Assembly (NCBI GenBank): GCA_951406725.2
Contig: OX597815.1
Coordinates: forward strand, 35,484,001-35,732,000
Source of the DNA: Octopus vulgaris
Lineage: Eukaryota
Length of the DNA stretch: 248,000 bases
Direction of reading: 5' to 3'
Shown: one piece after another, positions 1 through 14,277 of the stretch
Position numbering within the stretch: the first letter of the stretch is position 1
How the letters are laid out: every line of letters starts with the position of its first letter
The notes under the pieces: generated by a model
Told to the model about the DNA's origin: nothing
What the model saw: only the letters and a program-made list of their open reading frames with translations
Databases searched by the model: none
Made by a program: the position numbers and the translations under genes

Positions 1-478
1 CACAAACACACACACATACACACACACTCACGTACAATCATATATACATATATGCATACATATATATATATATGTAAATAGATATATAAACATACGCACA
101 CGTACATATATGTATATATACGTTTATGTACATGATATATACACACGCAATTACCATATACTTGTATGTATAATATATACATACATGCATGCATGCATGC
201 ATACATACATATATACATACATACATACATACATGCAAGCATACATACATACAAACATGCATACATACATACATAGATACATACATGCAAGCATACATGC
301 ATACATACATACATAATACATACATACAAGCATACATACATACATACACACATGCACACACACATACATACATACATACATACACACACACATACATACA
401 TACACACACATACATACATACATGCATACATACATACATACATACATACATACATACATACATACATACATACATACA

Positions 479-511
<33 letters not shown>

Positions 512-667
512 TTATGAGCTGTTTAAAGTGTGTTGTAAAATTAGATATTTTGATAATGTTAATAATGTTGAAAATAATAACATCAGCAACAACAATGGCA
601 ATAACAACTACAACAACAACATCATAAACAACAACAATAATAAGTATTATTATTATTATTATTATTA

Positions 668-714
<47 letters not shown>

Positions 715-1747
715 ATGATAAAGGGAAAATGTCTCTAACACTTTTTTCCTTTGATGAATCATCTTTCAATTACGGGTATGAATGGTGTGAGGTAGATGAG
801 CGATTGGGATTTGTTCAAGTTTTGAGTTCAGTACGTCACTTTTCATTGAGACTGATTTTTGCCTTTCATCCTTCTCAAGTTGATAAATTACTGCGTCAAA
901 TTACTTGACTATAGATCTCTCAGACAACAAACAAAGCAGTGTAGCAAGCCAATATACTGTGCCCATGCATTTACTCTTTTTTTCTGAACCTTGTAATGAA
1001 CTAATGGAAATCCAAACCTTAACGTTTGATATCTAAGTAAAGGAACTACTATAGACAATTTTGACAGCACCATGATTTGTTAATCGAAGAGAAGAAAGAA
1101 AAAAAAATACAGATTATGTGAAGCAGTTTTCTAAATGTAAAATTTACGCTGCACTGAACATAACTGCCTGCAAACGTAAAAATCACACATAAAGGTTGAA
1201 CTACAACTGCTTGGAGGTAACCTTAATAATGAATCAACAAACTTATTTCATAGATTTGTTAGTATATGTTATGTTCTACCTAGAAGCATAGCTTATATGT
1301 TTGTTTTGTTTTGTTTTTTCATCCTCTATACTAATTTAAATTCAAAGCAATTCGATGAATTAATTTAAACCTAATGAATGGAAATGTGATCATCCAACGC
1401 TACCTCCCTCGCGGTCTTGGCAGTTAAGTAATAAGCAGAGCAACACACATTTGTCTGTCTGCTTTATCTGCTTTTCTTCTAATCATGCAGCATCTGAAAC
1501 CCCACAGTGATTTTTTTTTTCTCCAGACTATAAAATAGAAGACACTTACAATAAATATCTCATTAAATGAAGAGTAATTCTCTGTCAGGATTGCCCAAAC
1601 TATCCAATGAAGCGATTTTCCTGGGACGACAATATCATTGAAAGAGGTCTCTGACCTCTTTATAGCCAATTCATGTTTTCTTTTTCTTCTTGTTTTCTTT
1701 TTTTTTTGTTATTATTACTTTATTTATTTTTTTCACTTCATTTACAG

Positions 1748-1864
1748 TGGACTCAAGCCAATGAAAGAGCAGCTATGCGTTCGTTCGACTTACTAGACAA
1801 AGCAGCCGAATTTTCTTCAAAACACATCTTACCACCATTAAGAAGGTATTATGATGAGTTTTAA
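1748..1864 (+). CDS. Probable terminal coding exon of an unidentified gene extending upstream of the window
   Basis: Long polypyrimidine tract and TTTACAG acceptor ending at 1747, then open frame WTQANERAAMRSFDLLDKAAEFSSKHILPPLRRYYDEF-stop with non-repetitive, protein-like composition. Family not recognised. Confidence 0.5.
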   Translation, partial: WTQANERAAMRSFDLLDKAAEFSSKHILPPLRRYYDEF

Positions 1865-2447
1865 CATAAACGCTGCTTCACTTTTAAGGGAAGCAGTGAA
1901 TCGAACGATCACCCAACACGTTTTTGCTATTATTAATAACCGAGATTGATTTTTGCTTTCTGCCTTTTGGAGTCGATAAGATAAGTACTATTCAAACATT
2001 GGGGTCGATATAATCACAACCCCCAAATTTCAAGCCTTGTGCTTATAACAGAAAGAATCATTAAAATATTGGTTTCAAATTTTAGCATAAGGCCAGCAAT
2101 TTCGGGGGGTGGGGATAGATCGATTACATCAATCCTAGTGTTCAACTGGTACTTCTTTTATCGACCTCTGCAGGATTTGAACTCAGAACGTAAAGACGGA
2201 CGAAATGCTGCCTGACATGCCAAAGATTTTGCCAGATCACCCCTTAAGAATTATTGAAATATTGGTTTCAAATTTTGGCACATGGGCCAGCAAATTCGAG
2301 AGAAGGGGTAAGTCGGTTACATCAACATCAATCTTATAAATATTAACCAAAATGAAGATTGACGTGTTTATTTTTGGACCTGTTGAAGATACACAAGATA
2401 TTGAAATATCGTTCCCTTCATGACAATAGCACTCTTCTTTTTTTTGC

Positions 2448-2489
<42 letters not shown>

Positions 2490-2500
2490 CATCATCATCA

Positions 2501-2540
<40 letters not shown>

Positions 2541-2551
2541 CATCATCATCA

Positions 2552-2593
<42 letters not shown>

Positions 2594-2939
2594 TATGTTT
2601 GACTTTTGCTTTATGTCTGTACAAGTTGGCTCCAAGTCTCACCCAGAGACCTCAAGAGACAACAGGTTGGAAGTTCTGTGCCATATATTTGGGGGTTTTT
2701 TTGTTGTTTTTTTTGGTGTTGTACTAGTGAATGTCTAATACATAAAAATAAAAAATAAAATAAAAAATTAAAATTAAAAATAAAATTAAAAATTAAAAAA
2801 TTTTTTTTTTTAAAGTTTGTTCTAAACCTTGGGATTACATAGAGAGTATTTTGCGTAGGATATGAGCAGTTCCTATGAGCACTATCTTTTGAATTTCTGC
2901 CATTTTGGGGTTTCCTGGTATCAGAGTTAGATAGCAATC

Positions 2940-3068
2940 AGTCCCTTTCGCTATCATTCCCAGGGCACCTATGACAACAGGTATTGTTTTAGTCTTCAGC
3001 TTCCACATTTTGCTGATTTCTATTTCAAGATCTTTATATTTGCTCAGTTTTTGGTAGGTCTTGACAGA
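2940..3068 (-). mobile_element. R4/Dong-like (RLE) LINE 3' fragment abutting an (ATT)n tract
   Basis: Minus strand reads approximately [31 protein letters not shown], the C-terminal motif also seen at 235286-235556. Confidence 0.65.
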
Positions 3069-3132
<64 letters not shown>

Positions 3133-3690
3133 GAGTGAGAGAGCAGTTCATGCCATCAAAGTGACACTGGGGTAAAATATACGAAGCCCAGTATACCCAT
3201 CATGACTACCCGTCTGATAAGGGTACACCAGGCACATGCATCACAACCATATGTGCGCGACATGGTGATCTCATATCAAGATAAACAGCACATGACCTAG
3301 CAGGTGGGGCCCAGTTAGAATTTTCTTCTGGTCGAGTAACCCACCACGCTCAAAAGGTCCCTGAATAAGGGTTGTTTAAGGATGTTGAATGAAACACCCA
3401 TGTTTCCATAGGTGAGTTATTCAAACCCCGAAGAATCCCTCTCAACACATGGCTATGATGCTCCCCTACTACTTCTGCTCGTGATCAGAGTTGCACATAT
3501 CGTCAGCCACTAAGGGACATGCTCAACTGGTTACGGTCAAACAACTGACAAGCAAATCTGTGATATTGAGCAGAATATTTGCTGTAGCCCATCTTTTATA
3601 CCAAGACAAAACAATGTACATGATAACACTTCCAATCAGTTAAGATCAGAAGCCACGAGAGCCACTGCCTGGTACTGCATCAGAGCATTT
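3133..3690. mobile_element. ~560-bp non-coding dispersed repeat associated with (ATT)n tracts (family E)
   Basis: GCCATCAAAGTGACACTGGGGTAAAATATAC...GGTACTGCATCAG unit recurs at 112668-113210, 196898-197445 and partially at 25678-25900 and 197510-197678. Confidence 0.8.
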
Positions 3691-3705
3691 ATACTGCATT
3701 ATTAC

Positions 3706-3773
<68 letters not shown>

Positions 3774-4561
3774 GGTGGCGAGCTGGCAGAAACGTTAGCA
3801 CGCCGGGCGAAATGCTAAGCGGTATTTCGTCTGCCGTTACGTTCTGAGTTCAAATTCCGCCGAGGTCGTCTTTGCCTTTCATCCTTTCGGGGGTCGATAA
3901 ATTAAGTACCAGTTACGCACTGAGGTCTATATATTCGACTTAATCCGTTTGTCTGTCTTTGTTTGTCCTCTCTGCGTTTAGCCCCTTGTGGGTAGTAAAG
4001 AAATAGGTATTTCGCCCCCGTCGCTACATTCTGAATTCAAATTCCGCCGAAGTCGACTTTGCCTTTCATCCTTTCAGGTTCTATAAATTAAGTACCAGTG
4101 GAACACTGGGGTCGATTTAATTGACACATCCCCTCCCCCAAAATTGCTATCCTTGTGGCAAAATTTGAAACCATCATTATTATTATTATTATTATTATTA
4201 TTACATAATATTTTGTCTATAAACTCAGTCTTGTGGACAATAGAGGGTTTCCGCAGGTTCACTACATTTACGGTAGCTAGACTGACAAAGAACTGATTCT
4301 GCAACTTGGGCAGAACAGATATCACAAGGGATTTCTTTTAAAAGTACCAATTTCTCACTTTTGTTTCCATTGTTTACAGTATGTATGTATGTATGTATGT
4401 ATGTATGTATGTATGTATGTATGTATGTATGTATGTATGTATGTATGTATGTATGTATGTATGTATGTATGTATGTATGTATGTATGTATGTACGTATGT
4501 ATGTATGTATGTATGTATGTATGTATGTATGTATGCAGGTATGTACATATGTATGAATGTA

Positions 4562-4647
<86 letters not shown>

Positions 4648-5318
4648 TATATAGAGAGATATACATATTATATAATATATATTACAAAACCTTAATTTTG
4701 AATTAAATAAGAATGTAAATATATTCTTTCTATGCTGTTAATGTTCGGAAAAAAGAGAGATGTTTGGACTGTTTCATTGTTTGTTTTCTTCTCTTTACAC
4801 CAGAAGTGCACAGGTTCTTTTCCACTAACCAACAGTACATATCAACTGATATATAAAACAATCATAAACTAAGCCAACTCGTAAGAGGGTAGCAGGTGGT
4901 TTCTCATTAATTAAATGATATCTATCTATTTTCGTGTGTAACACAGAAGGATTGAAAAGAAGTTAAAGATTGTAAAGTCCCGTTGTGTATTAAATAAAAA
5001 TGCAAACTCGTTTTTCTATACTATTGATTGTAGAAAAAGAAGGAGAGAGTCTCTAGACCATTTCTCTAGACCATTTCACGTTTGTGAAGCTCGTCAGAGA
5101 AGTGATACTCAGCTTTTTGCCTTAATCAAAAGCATATCTTGATATAAAGCTGCTATAAATTAGACCGGCACATTAGTAACATCATCCATCGTGGGACTCC
5201 CTCTCACTTTTTTCTGTACATCAATAGCATAGGTAAATGTGCTTACATTCTTATTTAACTCACAGTGAGGATTTATAATATCTAAATTTATTTCAGTTCT
5301 TCTGTGCATAAAGTAAGC

Positions 5319-5368
<50 letters not shown>

Positions 5369-5490
5369 CGCGATCACCGTGACCGACCAGGCTATCAGAT
5401 GTTGCTACACATCGCTGGTCACAATGCGCTTCGCATTGTTTTAACCTTCAAATTACGCCACTCCGCTGGCTAAGCAAGCAGGCCAATATA

Positions 5491-5526
<36 letters not shown>

Positions 5527-5950
5527 TGTATGTATGTATGTATGTATATATATACATATATATATATGTGTGTATGTGTGTGTGTGTGTGTATATATATA
5601 TATACACACGTACGTATGCATAAATATTATAGAAGTATATACACATACATATATATACATACATAAACATACATATACACACATATATGTATATGTATGT
5701 CTACATAAATATACACAGTAACACCTACATATTACATACACACACAGACATACATGCATGCATATATATACATAGATATATACATGCATACATACATACT
5801 TACATACATACATATACACACATACATGCACACGGACAGATATATAAGAGTGTGGTAAAAGACATCTAGCAAAGGAATCGCAGTGAGATCGAACTCCAAC
5901 CAGTGGGCTGTGTGACAAACTCCTTGACTCTACAACCATGCCAAGGTACA

Positions 5951-6385
5951 AGGTGGCGAGCCGGCAGAAACGTTAGCACGCCGGGCGAAATGTTTAGAAG
6001 GTGGCGAGCCGGCAGAAACGTTAGCACGCCGGGCGAAATGTTTAGAAGGTGGCGAGCCGGCAGAAACGTTAGCACGTCGGGCGAAATGTTTAGAAGGTGG
6101 CGAGCCTGCAGAAACGTTAGCACGCCGGGCGAAATGTTTCGAAGGTGGCGAGCCGGCAGAAACGTTAGCACGCCGGGCGAAATGTTTAGAAGGTGGCGAG
6201 CCGGCAGAAACGTTAGCACGCCGGGCGAAATGTTTAGAAGGTGGCGAGCCGGCAGAAACGTTAGCGCGCCGGGCGAAATGTTTCGAAGGTGGCGAGCCGG
6301 CAGAAACGTTAGCACGCCGGGCGAAATGTTTAGAACGTGGCGAGCCGGCAGAAACGTTAGCACACCGGGCGAAATGTTTAGCGGT
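5951..6385 (+). repeat. Tandem array (9 copies) of the 48-bp 5' head of the dominant tRNA-derived SINE, followed by a SINE dimer
   Basis: Unit AGGTGGCGAGCCGGCAGAAACGTTAGCACGCCGGGCGAAATGTTTAGA; gives the 16-aa periodic ORF at 5903-6406. Confidence 0.9.
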
Positions 6386-7675
6386 ATTTCGTCTGCGTTA
6401 CGTTGAGTTCAAATTCCGCCGAGGTCGACTTTGCCTTTCATCCTTTCGAGGTCGATAAATTAAGTACTAGTTACGCACTGGGGTCGATGTAATCGACTTA
6501 ATACCTATGTCTGTCCTTGTTTGTCCCCTCTGTGTTTAGCCCCTTGTGGGTAATAAAGAAATGGGTATTTCGTCTGTCTTTACGTTGAGTTCAAATTCCG
6601 CCGAGGTCGACTTTACCTTTCATCCTTTCGGGATCGATTAAATAAGTACCAGTTACGCACTGGGGCCGATGTAATCGACTTAATACCTATGTCTGTCCTT
6701 GTTTGTCCCCTCTATGTTTAGCCCCTTGTGGGTAATAAAGAAATAGGTATATGTATAATTGAGTGTAATTCGTTTTATCGTCTCGCTAAACAATGGAAAG
6801 TAAAGGAACTTGACAGGATTTGAACTCAGAAACTAAATGGATGTAACTAAGTACTACCGGTCCACCGACTTTACGTCACCACTGCCTTTCTATTGATTTT
6901 ACCGCACTCGTAATAATGGTGATGATAATGAGTGTCCTTAACATAAACACAAGACCTCACATTTTGAGCGATGCGATTTAGTTGTTTATATCTATCCCAG
7001 TAAATGGCTAGTACTTCATCTATTCAACTCCGGAAACATAAACAGAAAAGCTGACCTCAGCATGATTTGAACGGAGAATGTGAGGAGCCTATAAAAATAC
7101 TGCAAGTCACTTTATCCGGCTCTGTAACGATTTAGCCAAAAGAACAAAGGCAACGATAACATTATATTAATATTGCCACACACATATACAAGAATTATGA
7201 AGCAAATCTGAATCATTTCTCGCTTTTATGTTTTTACCGCCCCCTTTATTTTTTTCACGCTTGCCCCATAACCCACTGCAATAATTCATGTGGGGGGTGT
7301 TTTTTATGCTTTTCCAGAGGTTTTCGATGAATTCTTTGCAAACAGATTATTATTTTTTCCTTCCTTTCTTTCGTGTAATTAGTCAATAGACATGTGGGTT
7401 GTTGTCTGGAATCGGTCGTGCTGCAAAGAAAATCGATTTGAGTCAGAGAAATGACGTCATTGCAAGAACGCTCGATCAATGAAAAGTCTGCTGGCTATGG
7501 CAGTACATATAGACTAGACAACACTGAGAATTTTTTTTTTCCGTATTAAATACTAGTCCTGTTTATATATATTCATATTATGGTTTGTATGTTTTAGTAC
7601 ATGCTTGTGTGTGTGTGTGTGTGAATGTGTATGTATATATAGAAAACATATAAATATATACATATATACGTGTGT

Positions 7676-7717
<42 letters not shown>

Positions 7718-7824
7718 TGCTTGTATGTACTATGTACGTATGTATGTAGACAGACAGACAGACAAACAGACGGATGGATAGATGGATGGATGGATGGATG
7801 GATGGATGGATGGATGGATGGATG

Positions 7825-7891
<67 letters not shown>

Positions 7892-7921
7892 CGATAGATG
7901 GATGGATGGATAGATGGATGG

Positions 7922-7952
<31 letters not shown>

Positions 7953-8045
7953 GATAGATAAATAAATATTCATTATACATGGTGTGAGCGTGGGTGTACA
8001 TGTGTATGTATGTGTGTGTGAGTATTTGTGTTTGCGTGTGTGTGT

Positions 8046-8105
<60 letters not shown>

Positions 8106-8351
8106 GATATTAGATGCTAGATACTTCTGCCTGCAGGTATGGCTATTTAGAAGTTCGCGTTGTACCTTGGTCAAGTGTCGTCTATAGCATCAGGTTGATT
8201 AATACCGTTCGAGTAGGATTTGATAAATGGAAACAGTACAAGAGTTTGGCATATATGTTCATGTATACATACTTAAAATCATTATAAACTTAAACTCATT
8301 CATGGTGCCCCAGCATGGCCACAGCTCATAAGCTGAAACTGGAATCAATCA

Positions 8352-8414
<63 letters not shown>

Positions 8415-8662
8415 GTATCTATGCATGTAGTGTGTGTGTATATATTTATGCATGCAAATATATATGTGTATGTATGTATATATATTTATATTTATATATA
8501 TATATATATATATGCTTAATACATATATGATTACATATACATGTGCATACACAAATTTGCAACACTTCTTATATGCATATGTATACTGGGTATGTATAAA
8601 AGCAGGCCATTACATGCTTGCACACACTTATATATATGAGTGTGTGTGTGTGTGTGTGTGTA

Positions 8663-8732
<70 letters not shown>

Positions 8733-11061
8733 TGTGTGTGTGAACTAGCTAACACTCTCGCAAACGCATTTATTGAGGGAAACGTCAATGTACTTAACAC
8801 CTCCGGGTATCAAAATGGTACCGATCGGGTGACGGGTAGTGACACAAAGCACACTCTCTTTACGTGGTAAACAATCCACACCAATACACGTACACATATC
8901 TCGCCAAAACTCTTCTCTTGGCATGACTTGCTCCTCTCCACACCTAGCTACTACCACTACTACTACTACAGCCAATAGACAAAAAATTCTTTAACAACTT
9001 TCTTTTCGGATCACCTACCAATTTTCATCACAAAACACTCGTACACGAATGAACAGAGCAAAACAAAAATGTACAGTACAATGAGTTCCACCAAGAAATG
9101 AAATCCAAGAAATGGAATCTACAAAATAATTCTTGATGCATTTAAAATGAGGCAACATCAATAATTACACACCAGAAATAGGTCTCATTAAAACCAGAAA
9201 GAACCCCAAACACGACACAACAAAACTACACTATACCAAAAGTCAGCCTCGAATTAAACAAGGAAATAAAATATAATAATTATTGGCTAAACTGGCAATA
9301 TAATAAATCATAGCAAAATAGAAAACTGGCTAACACTTGTATCCAATATATACCTATTTCTTTACTACCCACAAGGGGCTAAACACAGAGGGGACAAACA
9401 AGGACAGACAAACGGATTAAGTCGATTACATCGACCCCAGTGCGTAACTGGTACTTAATTTATCGACCCCGAAAGGCAAAGTCGGCCTCGGCGGTTTTCT
9501 TTTTTGGGAAGAGAAAAAAAAAGGAAAAAAGAAAGAAAAAGGTGCGATAGGTTTTCGATCAAAAGGGATCGTAAAAGGGAAAGAAGAAAAACACAAAAAA
9601 ACGATCAATAGGGATCGTGTATCACAGTGTCATGATATAAAATGTAAAGGGGGAAGCAGATAAGATTTATCCGGGAGAAGAAAAGCCTACGGAAAAGACC
9701 ACGGTAACCTCCGTCAATAATGTTACATGTTACCACATTTGTTTGCAAGTAGGTAACCTGCTGTTTTAAATTTACTCAAGGTGGCTTCGTCATTCATACG
9801 TGCCAGATAGATATAGATATAGATATATGCCGCATCCACCTTGGTTATAAATTTCATCTGATACCTCATGAACCAGTAAGGAAATTTTAAAACTCCCAAA
9901 TACTCAGGGCCAGACGAAATCACAAACATACACCTAAAACTTCTCGACCTAGCATTTTTTACATTTACAGAATCAAGAAGCTGGACAAAACTGAGACTTC
10001 TAAACGTAACAAAATCCCTCTTGAAGTTACTTTTGGAGATCCATCATCTTGTACACACCCTCAAAACCTCTAGATAAATTCATTCCTAACATCTGTAACT
10101 ACTTCGTGTTATGATTTAATTCAGCGTCAAATCACAACTAGAATCGATCACCACACTATTTACATATGTGACGGAAAATATACGATGGATTCGCTAACAC
10201 TTCTTACACGTGTCATTCTATCATCAACTCAGCAGTAAAGCTTTCGACTCTGTTTCCCGCTCTCCGCTCATACAAACAAAAATACTCAGCACCACCTTAG
10301 GAAATAACATACAACTCTATCAAGCAATTTCTTAGGCTGCCAAACCTATTCAGTGTACCAAACTTCAGAACCTGTAAATAGTGTATCAAGGGGATCTGTC
10401 CGTTCACTCACAATTTTCACTTTATGCTTACACCACCGCAAAACATACGTACAGCCTCTCGTAGACAAATGATATCACACATTTTCCCACCATTTTTCAA
10501 ACACTGCTCTACAACCACTCCGAGTCTATTTAGATCACTCAGAAACTTGATTCCTCGACAGATTCAAATTAGGGCATAAATTAAATCAAATACAACCAAC
10601 TACCTCACTCGACAGTGTACATATACCGAGCGCGCGCAAGACACACACAGAAGACAAAAATATTAGGAATTACATACAAGTCCTCCACAACATTTGCAAC
10701 GCATAGAAGACATAATAAAAAACGCAAGACTATGCACAAGCAGTAAAGGTGTCATTTCATAACAGAAAGACGCAACAACAATGGTGTACAAGCAACATAT
10801 TAAATCACGGACTGTGTCAGGCCTGCCTGGGCCCCAATTTTCTTTACAACAAAGCACAACAAACTCAAAGAGGACAAACAGTGTACTACACGTCACAAAA
10901 CAGTGCACCAAACCTCCTGGCCACTTACACAACAAAAACAAAATGCTAAAAATAATAGACCTCCTCGACTGGTACAGTTTGCTGTAGCTCAACCAGCCAA
11001 TCACTACCACTACATTAAATGCCTTCCAAACATAAAGATACATATATAAAAAAATCTTTCT

Positions 11062-11212
11062 AAAAGCATAATGAACACATACAAGCATAATGAACACATA
11101 TAAGCATAATGAACATATACAAGCATAATGAACATATACAAGCATAATGAACATATACAAGCATAATGAACATATACAAGCATAATGAACATATACAAGC
11201 ATAATGAACACA
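11062..11212. repeat. 19-bp minisatellite (AAGCATAATGAACATATAC)n
   Basis: About 8 tandem copies read directly. Confidence 0.85.
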
Positions 11213-12699
11213 TACACACAGAAACAGGCAACATCAGCAGCTTCACTGACCTTGCTACGTTGTAATATACAATGCACACTACTAGCTATAAGTACAGAGT
11301 AGCAATAACTACCTCGTTCACCTCCACTGAGGCTACCACAATAATTTTGTGTGAAAAGGAATAGACTAAACATTGAAGAGAATGCAATATGTTCACACTG
11401 ACACGCTGCACTTCATGCTATTCTTCAATGCATGTAGACGAGCGTAGTGTGATCCTTATAAGAAGACATGGTATCACTAAGAAAATTGATTTGTGAGTCG
11501 CACTTCGACCGACAACCTGTATTCCATAAAACTGCTTGAGTAGGACTGACCTAAGGGAACACATCAACATCAGCTGCCAGCAGGGGCTCACTCTTATTCA
11601 ACAATACCAGAATGTTTCCTCTAACAAAAAACAAACTTTGCATCCATCGACTCAACCAGATTGAAGGTATTTTCCAATATTTATTTAGAAAGGTAGATTG
11701 AAAGAATCGGTAAAGCGCAAGAAAATGACATGCATGCTCTCACATCAAACTAATTCACAACACAAGATTTTCACAAACTCTTTTTCTGTATTTAAAAAAA
11801 AAATGTGTCAACTTATGTTACAGGCTTAAGTCTACAAGACAAAAACATGTCTTTAGTTGTCCCTTGCCTGCAAAGATCACACATTTTCCTGAGCATGTAA
11901 ATAAACTTTGACTTATTAATTCTTAATCTTTTTTAAAATTATCTCTCTTTTTCTTTAGAAGTCACTAAAATTGTCACTAGGCCTTTGTTTTCTTTCTCCA
12001 GCTAAAAAGGAAATTTCAGTCAACTAAGAATGTCTTGCATCCAGTGCTTAATGTATGACTCTTTAATTTATTTATACAAATTCACACCATTGACTCATTT
12101 GAATTATTTCCCTTATCTCATTCTATTGTTGTTTTTTTTATTGTCTTATTGCTTTTACACTTTCCTGTGCTCTGCTTTGCATGAAGCCTTCAAACATGGT
12201 AAAATATCAATAATTTAATCTTCATTAAAGAACTGTTGTGTATAGTGTAATTTTGTTTCATGTTAAATTTTTTAGTTACCGCTTATATAATTACTATAAT
12301 TTAGTTACCCTTTCAATGCCGCGTCTCTGGTACCTAAGACGACAATTAATATAATGTCAAACGCTACCTAGCCTATGGTATGCCTGCACTTAATTATATC
12401 AGTTGTAGCATTTGATGGGTGATCATAGATGAAAGACTGCTTTATTTCAGAGAAATTATTTGGCACAGTCCCAAATTCAACGTTTTCCGCCCATTTGCTC
12501 ATAAATGACCGTCTCTGGTCGATGAAAGCATATAATCCTTACCTTTTGAGCTTGATTAAGGCAACCCACCTCACATCACCTTGCTGCACGCCGTGCTCTC
12601 CTCGAAACCTTTCGTAGTTCAGGTTTCAATTTCATTACTGTATGCTGACCACCTTTAGCTAAGCAGATAACTTACACTATTGTTTTAAGTGTGTTTATC

Positions 12700-14080
12700 C
12701 ACATCTTTCAAACCCCTTAAATAAAACCCTCAACTCTTAACTTCGAGTGATGAACCCTATATACAGCACGTGGAGGGAATCTCTCTCTATCAGAAAACTG
12801 GAAGGTGTTTATCTATCCCTGCAACACCTACGAGACAACCATCGGTTGAATTAACTGATACATTTGTACATCGTATGACCTACAAACCGATCCCTTGTCT
12901 AGAGAATCTCTACCAACCTTACAACATCCTTCTACTCGCCATCTATTTCTTATCCCTTGGATCGGTAGCCTATTTCTTATCTCTTGGATCAGATCGCACC
13001 GCTTCAGCATATGTTGACGGAGTTCATTCTGTTTCATTTTCAATCAACTCTTGTGTTCGATAGACTTCGGTGCTGTCCCTGACTCTCTTTCTTCGATGCA
13101 TTAATGACCTACTTTCCACCAAATCCGACAACACCGTTTATGCAAATGTCAGGATCCTTCATTCTTAACCATGCATTATTTACATGCAACCTAAATATCA
13201 CACGCCAGATCTGTATTGATTCCATAAACGGAGCAATCTCCTACGGAGTCATGCGTACTTTATCTCTTAACTTCCAAACAAGCTCAAGCACTACTTATAT
13301 TAAGAAAACACCTCATCCCTTCGACTCGACCCTTCACATTTGCTCCAAATGCTGGGTTTCACTATTACCGAGGATTTCTCTTGACGAAAGCACAACTTTA
13401 GCATAGCTAGGACCGCATCCCAGAAAATATAACCAGAATACATTTCAGTCACCAACAGCTGCCGACACTACAAGGCACAATTGAGACCTACATTGAGTTC
13501 TGCGTTTACATCTGGGGTGGTGCTACTGGCACGCACACTGACTTTCTGGATTGTTATTGGAGAAGAGCCATTCGGCTGATTGACATTCCATCACCAACGG
13601 GCACACTCCAGTTTCTGGTTAACAGAAATGATGTTTCCACTCCCTCCCCCTCTCTCTCCCTTACTCTTTCTCTTCTTTTCCTCTCTCTCTCTCTCTCTCT
13701 CACTCTCCCTATTTCTTTCTCTTTCTCTCTCCCTTATACTCTTTCTCTTCTTTTTTCCTCTCTCTCCCTTTTTTCACTCGCTATTATAATGGGGTTTGCT
13801 CCTCGAATTTGGCATGTCTAGTAACACTCCTACTCAGACACACTCGACCAACTCTTCTCTCCACTTCCCGTCACCCTTGATTCATCCAACCACTTTTTCC
13901 CCTACCTAATCACTAACCCAATCCCTCGTCCTTCATACATTATCCCTAGGAACTTCCTCCCCATTCATATCTTTTCTACTGGTGTTGACCTGCAAGTGTT
14001 TAAACGGAACATTAACGACATCAAACTCATCAGTCTCAGGGACCTGCAAGGGGTCACAGGCCCTTTTCTTTGCTCCAGAC
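12700..14080 (+). mobile_element. Degenerate CR1/Jockey-group LINE 3' remnant
   Basis: Decayed YKAQxRPxxEFCxxIWGGA-type C-terminal RT motif around 13460-13590; multiple stops. Confidence 0.45.
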
Positions 14081-14212
14081 TCAGCATGCAGAACAATGCC
14101 CCACTTTGATATATTGTTCATGCTTTATCATTCGCTCCTTTTGTCTTGTTTGTACTAATAATGCGTGTGTAAGAAAGAGAGAGAGAGAGCGTGTGTGTGT
14201 GTGTGCGCGCGC

Positions 14213-14277
<65 letters not shown>

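Noticed and set aside
38-908. ORFs such as [20 protein letters not shown] here and throughout the window
   Set aside because: Translations of (TATG)n, (CA)n, (TA)n and (GATA)n microsatellites.
4225-4360. Cys-rich peptide CDICSAQVAESVLC...CSEPAETLYCPQD resembling a B-box
   Set aside because: Metal-ligand spacing does not fit, no convincing splice sites, and it adjoins a microsatellite.
5866-6406. 167-aa and 165-aa ORFs with a 16-aa repeat
   Set aside because: Fortuitous reading of tandem SINE heads.
7451-7462. Isolated TGACGTCA CRE palindromes (also near 31.4 and 222.7 kb)
   Set aside because: Expected by chance in 248 kb; no TATA box or ORF context, unlike 207921.
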